A stretch of DNA of 63,017 bases, counting the filler, from Reclinomonas americana ATCC 50394 (Eukaryota), in the NCBI GenBank assembly GCA_048213135.1. It is 7 parts of 2 records of this genome, joined end to end, with 100 filler letters (N's around TTAATTAATTAA, not from the genome) between each part and the next. Parts side by side here need not be neighbours in the genome. Positions count along the whole stretch, not along the records: positions 55,843 to 59,525 come from PS015094.1; positions 59,626 to 63,017 come from PS015094.1; 5 more parts are not named here. The stretch is one strand, 5' to 3'. Below are positions 55,953 to 63,017 of this stretch, in pieces. Position numbers and translations under genes: made by a program. Each line of letters starts with the position of its first letter. The first letter of the stretch is position 1. Below the pieces are notes generated by a model. It had not been told where the DNA came from. It made no database searches and saw nothing but the letters and a program-made list of their open reading frames with translations.

Positions 55953-58900
55953 TCATGGATCGCTCTCCATCGGCTCTGCTGGCGCTTCACCGGTGGTCTC
56001 TGCACGTGCTGGTGCAGTTGCTGCTGTGGTGGCGGTGGTTGTGGTCGTCGTGGCAGCAGCGGTGGAGCGTGCCGAGTCGTGCAAGAGTTGGAAAGGAGGC
56101 TGTTGCAAGCTGCGACCCAACTGCAGCAATTCGTAGAGACTGGCCTTCACCTCCTCGGCCATTCTGAGTGTCGGCAGATTAGCAAAAACTGTCAACGAAC
56201 AACACCAACAAAGTGACGCCAAGCAATGCGAAACTCGCGGTTTTGCGGGTATCGCGCAGCCAAGAGGCTGTCGAGCTTCGTCTGCATCTCCTCGTCGGAG
56301 ACGTCGCGATTCTCGGCCGCCACCTCCCGAAGGAACATGACCGACTGCAACAGGTGCCCGATCTGCTGCTGGAAGTCGACCTATTGTTCATCATCGAAAC
56401 AGATTGTGAGCAATCGCTGGCCACCAGCAACAGGGATGCACGAGAGAGCGCACCTCGACAGCTGCCGTACTGTACTGCGCCAAGAGGCGACGCGCTGTCG
56501 ACTCGCCTTGGAACTGCGCAATGGAATGACTCGGATGAGAAATACGGAGCAAGGAGGACACGCAAGCACGAAAATCCGCCCACCTCCTCTTCCACCGTCA
56601 CCAGCAGTGGCATCAGTGAAATGTTGACCTGCAAGTCCACAAGCGCGATCGGTCGGCTCAGTGCTGTTCGTTTACGATGTCGGCAGACTGAAGAAGTGCG
56701 CACGCTTACCTCTTTCACATTCAGCACCAGCGCAGCAACCTCCCTCCGCAGACGCATTGCATCTGCCTGTTGCTCCTCCGTGAGCTCCTCCTGCGCAGAG
56801 GTCAACTGGTACAACTGTGTGCACGCACACACATCCAGTTCAGCGACGTGACTTCAGCGATCGCAACAACTCATCTCCCAGGCGAACCTGTTCGCACGAG
56901 CGTTGCAAGTCCGCGAGCAGCGCAGCCTTGCGATCAAGGAGACCCTCCGCTCCCAGCATTGCTGGGGAAACTGCAAGACACACCACTGCCTGAGTGACTC
57001 GCATGCCCGCAGAGAGGGCAGCCTAACCCACACACACACAGCTCACTTTCGTTGGATCCCAGAACAGACGGCAGCTGCAGCAGTGTTTCCACCGACAGAG
57101 CATTCTCCGACGACGATGAGCGCCATGGACGGGATTTGCGCGTCGGAGTTGGGCTGAGGACAACACGTGACGGTGGTGGTGGGAGTGGCGACTGCGCGGC
57201 CTCGGCGGGGTAACCGACCACAGTACCTAGTGTTCACGTACCGATGTGAGGTCTTCATCATCACACACACACACACACACACACACACAGCAAGACAATC
57301 TTGCGGCGGCGACATCACCATAAACATGAGGATGTGGTGGTGTCGCGACGACTCCACCCAATGCGGACGATTCAGTGGCTCTCAGCGGTGACGTGTGTGA
57401 GGCCATGACGTTGGGGGCCGAGAGATTCGGCAGTGGCGCCCCGCCTGGAGGCAAGTGGTATCGCGGTGGGGTGACAGGCACGTGCTGAAGACTGGAATCG
57501 AGGCCGGCAATGCGCGATGGAGGGAGATGATGACCCAGCGCGGCGAGTAACCTCACATCGCCAGTGACAGACATGACATCGACATCATCCTGCGTGCGTC
57601 GGGAATGAGCGACTGCTGGCAGCGGAACAAATGCAGCGCACTACGCACCACAAACGCTTGCACACTGGAGCCCTCATGCGCCACATAGTACCCGTTGGCA
57701 AGCGCTTCCGTCACTCGTCCTCGCCGTGGTAATCGGTGCTGTCGGTCACGCCCTAGCATTTTCACTCTGATTAGGAAGCCGGTCGACAATGTGTGTGTTT
57801 GTGCAACAACGTCTCCCACAACGAAACAAATGACTTCCTGCCCGACGCGCGCCTGTTCGGGGAGCGACACAGCCTGGTGACTCGCTTGCTCAGCAAGAGT
57901 CAACGGCTGCGCAACACAAACAACAAACAGCGTGAGCGCGTGTTTCGTTGCCCCTCGCCACCACACGCTCGCCACCACACCAACCTGACCGCGGTACACC
58001 TTGCGCACCACTTCGCGATATGCCTCGAGCTTGCGACGCTCGTCCCGCAAGAAGTTGGCCGACAGTCGTCGCGGTCGACCCATCATGCTGCGAATGTGGC
58101 CCCACTCCACACGCGTCATAGGTGGCACATTGCCGAGATCAATGGCCTCGAGAACCGCATCAAAGTCGTCTCGATGGAAAAAGCCGAAATCCACCATTGG
58201 ATCAAAGAACTCGGCAGAGCACGCGCGTAGTGACTTGGTGTGCGCCATAATGTTGCGTATTTGTTGTGGCTGATGTACCGCTGCGGGTAGTGGTGGCGGT
58301 GGTGGTAATTGTCGGTCGTCGTCGCCCATACCCTCCGCAATGGAGAGCGGATCCGAGGTCACCACCACTGTAGCCGGCGCACGTTCCACGAACAGTGACT
58401 CCACCGGCGACATTTGCGGCGTCTGGAACACACAAGCCACCTCCGGTCGCAAGACACTGCGTGTGTGTGTCGAAAGTGAGGCAATGCAAACAGAGCGCCG
58501 GTGCCTCTCACGCGACGCAACAGCTTCTCCTTTCTGCGGTGACTGAAGCGAGGGCGCGCCAACATTGGCACTCCCGACGCCGTTGACAATGCGCCACTGA
58601 CAGCACCGTACGGACTCGCCCGGAAACCTGCACTCCCTGCCGCGGCCGTCGCAGTGGTGGTAGTGGTGGTAGTCGAGGTGGTGGTGCTTGCTGCCGCACG
58701 TGAAGAGACTTCTTGCTGTGCATGCGGTCGTGTCCACGGTAAGCCACAAGGCGCGTAAATGCTCTCTTTGACTGAAACGCACCATGCTCGCAGCCAACAA
58801 CGATTCCAGTCCATCGCTCTCCATGCTCACCGCCGACGCCCGTCGTCGCATCTACACATCACCACAACTCCATCGTCAGAAAAAAAACAGTTGCATGCAT

Positions 58901-59466
58901 CATTCTATCTCCCTACATAACTTCCAATGGTGGCGCTCCACTTCCAGCGGCCACTGCATTCTGTCCTCTCTGATTCTGGGCGGAGCCACGGAGAGCCGGT
59001 GTGGCGCCCGCCATGATGCTGTACGTGCACTCGTACACTGCCTCGAGTCCCGCGGCATCCGTGTGCGACTTTTGCTGCAAGTAGTACTTGTGCTGTTCGT
59101 CTCGTTAGCGACCCACGCATGCATCGTGCCAGTGTGGTAACGACACAAACATAAACCAACCTGTGCATAAAACACCGTCAACTCCTCTGGTGTCCGTGTG
59201 CGCATTGCTGCCGAAATCACATTCCACTGCGCCCCGTATTCCCTCCACAGTGCAAAGAAACCGTGAATCTCGTCCGTCGTCCACTTTGGTGGCAGGATGA
59301 CCGGGGACAAGGGCACATTGTCATAGATGGAGCGCACGCCGGTCGGAGTTGCTGGGCCGTTGCCTTGCGCCGTGCTAGCGGCGATGGCGACGGACCGAGA
59401 CCGCGCGCCGGGCGATCGAACATCGTCAGTCGGTGACGGCGAGCTCGGCACGCTCAGCGAGTCCAT
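55953..59466 (-). CDS. LIN9: LIN9/ALWAYS EARLY (DREAM/MuvB subunit) with N-terminal SANT, DIRP domain and C-terminal coiled coil
   Basis: SANT KWTTDEIHGFFALWREYGAQWNVIS; DIRP EFFDPMVD..MTRVEWGHIRSMMGRPRRLSANFLRDERRKLEAYRE; downstream helical exons to a stop at 55953. Confidence 0.85.
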
Positions 59467-59625
59467 GGACGATGCACGTGGAGCTGTTGCAGGAGAGATT
59501 GCATGTCAAACAACATGCGCAAGGTNNNNNNNNNNNNNNNNNNNNNNNNNNNNNNNNNNNNNNNNNNNNTTAATTAATTAANNNNNNNNNNNNNNNNNNN
59601 NNNNNNNNNNNNNNNNNNNNNNNNN

Positions 59626-61172
59626 GCCGCGGCGGATCCAGACGGAGGATCATCGATTGCTGGTCGTCGCCAACCGCGACGAGCGGCGACCATGGCCGCC
59701 AAGGACACGCCAGCCGCAGCAACAGTTACTTCGGCGGCAGCTCAGCCGGCATCCACCCGGTCGTCCAACGCTTCTCGGACACGCACAGCCGCGTCGTCAT
59801 CATCATCATCATCACAACAGCAGGCCGGTGGCGCCAGGTCAAAGAAGGCCTCCGCCACGTCATCGTCCGCCTCGTCGTCGACTGGCGGTGGCAGCAGTGG
59901 CGGCTCGAACAAATCACCAGGCAACAGATCGCGCACGAGTTCGGGAGGCCTCTCCAGTCAGGCCATGGCTGCGGCCGCTGCTGCGGCGCTGGCCTCGTCG
60001 CCCGAGTCACTCGCGAAGCGCAGCCTGGCAATGTCTGGCTCGTCACCCGAGGCGCGCAAGGTAGCTGCCGCTGCTGCGGCGGCGGCCGCAGTGGTTGCAG
60101 CGTCGGCACGGAGGAAGAAACCGACCGCCATTACCACGCCAGCGGTCGACGCCAAGACCGTTTCCTCTCCGGGTGTCAAGTCGCCCGCGTCCAACATTCG
60201 CAGCCACCACAGCCAGCAGTCGAGTCGGCCACGCTCTTCTCACGGTCGCCACCACACGGAAGGTACGGCCTACCAAGGAATGTTTCCACNNNNNNNNNNN
60301 NNNNNNNNNNNNNNNNNNNNNNNNNNNNNNNNNNNNNNNNNNNNNNNNNNNNNNNNNNNNNNNNNNNNNNNNNNNNNNNNNNNNNNNNNNNNNNNNNNNN
60401 NNNNNNNNNNNNNNNNNNNNNNNNNNNNNNNNNNNNNNNNNNNNNNNNNNNNNNNNNNNNNNNNNNNNNNNNNNNNNNNNNNNNNNNNNNNNNNNNNNNN
60501 NNNNNNNNNNNNNNNNNNNNNNNNNNNNNNNNNNNNNNNNNNNNNNNNNNNNNNNNNNNNNNNNNNNNNNNNNNNNNNNNNNNNNNNNNNNNNNNNNNNN
60601 NNNNNNNNNNNNNNNNNNNNNNNNNNNNNNNNNNNNNNNNNNNNNNNNNNNNNNNNNNNNNNNNNNNNNNNNNNNNNNNNNNNNNNNNNNNNNNNNNNNN
60701 NNNNNNNNNNNNNNNNNNNNNNNNNNNNNNNNNNNNNNNNNNNNNNNNNNNNNNNNNNNNNNNNNNNNNNNNNNNNNNNNNNNNNNNNNNNNNNNNNNNN
60801 NNNNNNNNNNNNNNNNNNNNNNNNNNNNNNNNNNNNNNNNNNNNNNNNNNNNNNNNNNNNNNNNNNNNNNNNNNNNNNNNNNNNNNNNNNNNNNNNNNNN
60901 NNNNNNNNNNNNNNNNNNNNNNNNNNNNNNNNNNNNNNNNNNNNNNNNNNNNNNNNNNNNNNNNNNNNNNNNNNNNNNNNNNNATGTGTGTGTGTGTGCT
61001 GCTCACCGTATCATGTTCGCGACAGAGTACGCCACTCAAGCGACTGAATCGCACACCACCTGGCTCACCGTTTGCCGCCGCCGCCGCCGCCGCCGCCGCC
61101 GGTGCAGCCATTGCCGGCACTCCACAGTCGGCGACACCGTCGACTCGCAAGCGCAGGAGAACACTGAGATGA
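59626..61172 (+). CDS. Fragment of a Ser/Ala-rich low-complexity protein; middle lies in a gap
   Basis: Open frame from the contig start (..MAAKDTPAAA..) and a terminal segment ending STRKRRRTLR*. Confidence 0.45.
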
Positions 61173-61201
61173 GCAATAGACGCACAAAGAAGTGGTGTTG
61201 T

Positions 61202-62027
61202 TCACTGCGGTGGTGGCAGGAGAAGCTCTGAAATCGCCGCCTCGCACTCCTCCATGGTCAGCACAAAACGATCGGCCACCGAGCGTGTCCGCTCACGCTG
61301 CACGTGCACCCCAAAGCCCACGGCCGCATCCGCCTGGCCATTCAGTCGCAACTCCATGTCGGTGTATCCGTCGCCCACACACACCACACGGTCGCCAGCC
61401 GCCACGCGATCGCCAGCTCGCAGCCGCTCCACACACGCGCACTTGCCGAGCATGGTGGGATCGTCGGCATTGATCCAACACCGCTCCGCATCCATATGCA
61501 CCGTCAACCCGAAACAGTCGTCTCGCGCAATGCCCAACACGTCGGCCACCGGATGAATGCAACACAGCGGACCGGCACTGACAATGAACACCTGCAGCGG
61601 TGCATGTCGCTCCCGCAGGCGCTGCAGCATGTCACTGAACCCCGGGGTGATGAGCTCCCGCACCGTGGCCGCCACCGAGGCCACCACCGACGGCGTGGGC
61701 GACGCCACAGCAAAGCGCTGCTGCAGCGACTCGGAAATGTGTATCTCCCCACTCATGCCACGATCGGTGATCTGAAAAAAAACACGTTGAGAGATGCATG
61801 CACTTTGTGTGTAAGTGTGTGTTGTACCGATCGCGCAAAGACATGCCTCACGAATGGTCTGCAGCTTGCGGTCGCGATCGGGATCATCGGCGAGGCTCTC
61901 CTGCAACAAGAGCTCCAGGCTCTCCGCTGCGTGCACACGCAGTCAGCCTCAGCTCGTTGCCCCAGTGTGTGTTCATGCTCTCACCAGCGATGATGGTGGA
62001 GTCAAAGTCGAGAAGCAGCACAGGCAT
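61202..62027 (-). CDS. HAD-IB phosphatase, phosphoserine phosphatase-like, three exons
   Basis: LLDFDSTII-AESL, TDRGMSGEI..ESLQQR, IVSAG, K, VGDGYTD. Confidence 0.88.
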
Positions 62028-62142
62028 CCGGTCGCTTGTTTGTGTAATGTTTCGTGGTGCGGAGTGGACAATCAATAGACGTTACAATCTCACCTCGCGA
62101 TCACAGCGACGGCTTGTGGCTCGTTCTCCTCTGGCTGGCTCC

Positions 62143-63017
62143 ATGACAGGTGTGCAGCTCTTGCACACACGCACACACACATGCACAGAGGCTGCACACC
62201 GATTCACGCGCACATTGCTTCTCTGCGTGTGTGCGTCTCTTCTCGCTCGATCGTGCGACATTTCGGCCACACACTCTTTTCTCGCCCTCTGCCTGTCGCT
62301 CCGCTGCATGTGCTGCACGTCGTTGTCGTTGAGAGATGCACGCTCACTGTGTCTGTTCGTTGTGTGTGTGTGTGTGTGTGTGCGCGCTTGCTGATCACGA
62401 GTCGCGCATCTGTTTACGTGTTCCAGTTGCTTACTCTCTCCTCATTCTCCCCTCTCTCTTTCCCTCTGTGCTTTGACAGGCAAACGACGCAACAATCCGG
62501 GTCCACCACGGAAGCGATCTCGCAGCAGGGCAGGGAGCGATGGTGAGTGCGGTGTGATGCACTGTCATCTGTGCAAGTCTTTTACGGAACTCGCACAGAC
62601 GACGATGATGACGATAACGAGGAGGAGGAGGAGGAGGAGGTGATGCATGCAGGCGTGAATGGAGAGATGTCTGTGGAGGCAGAAGAGGCGAGGAAGGAGG
62701 AGGAGGAGGAGGAGAGGGAAAAGGAGGCCATGGAGGTGGATCACAGAGCGGGGGCCAACGGTGACGAAATCCAGCAAGAGGAGGGTGCAGAGGCGAAGAA
62801 ACCGGAGGGCGATGAGCGACCAAGATCGAGCACGACGTCGCCAGCGAGGAAGCGGGCAACGCGGCGATCGGTGACACCGACGCTGTCGTCGCCCAGTGCG
62901 ACCAGCAGCTCGCCCAGTGGCGATCAGACGGCGATTGCTGCGTTGCGGCAGCTGTCGGCTGGGTTTGCCGCTGCATCGCCTCCTCCGCCACCGCCACTGG
63001 CTCCACCTGCAGCGCCA
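62143..63017 (+). CDS. Hypothetical acidic, probably nuclear protein, 3'-partial
   Basis: ATG ACA G|gt..ag|GKRRNNPGPPRKRSRSRAGSD|..DDDDDNEEEEE.. with the frame open to the window end. Confidence 0.55.

Overview
Gene-dense, intron-rich eukaryotic nuclear DNA from a gappy draft assembly; probably a mitochondriate protist, but the species cannot be determined from the sequence. About 20 spliced genes were reconstructed by hand: DDI1, two tandem HSPA12-like Hsp70s, LKB1/STK11, a Qb-SNARE exon, a divergent kinase, an FkbM methyltransferase, GNPTAB, katanin p60, NDUFA7, an OPT transporter, a Zn alcohol dehydrogenase, a TKL kinase tail, PNGase, LIN9/ALY, a HAD phosphatase and several hypotheticals. 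Most introns are about 50-90 nt; a minority are expanded by simple repeats. The strongest signal is in the splice sites. At least 28 frame-supported introns start with a donor shifted by +1 (GTTGCG, GTTTCG or GTTGAG instead of GTGCG, GTTCG or GTGAG), and 25 of the 28 lack G at exon position -1, suggesting a common second mode of 5' splice-site recognition. The TTAATTAATTAA spacers, the TACG-type runs and an inverted contig are assembly or sequencing artefacts. All gene models are manual and have no transcript support.
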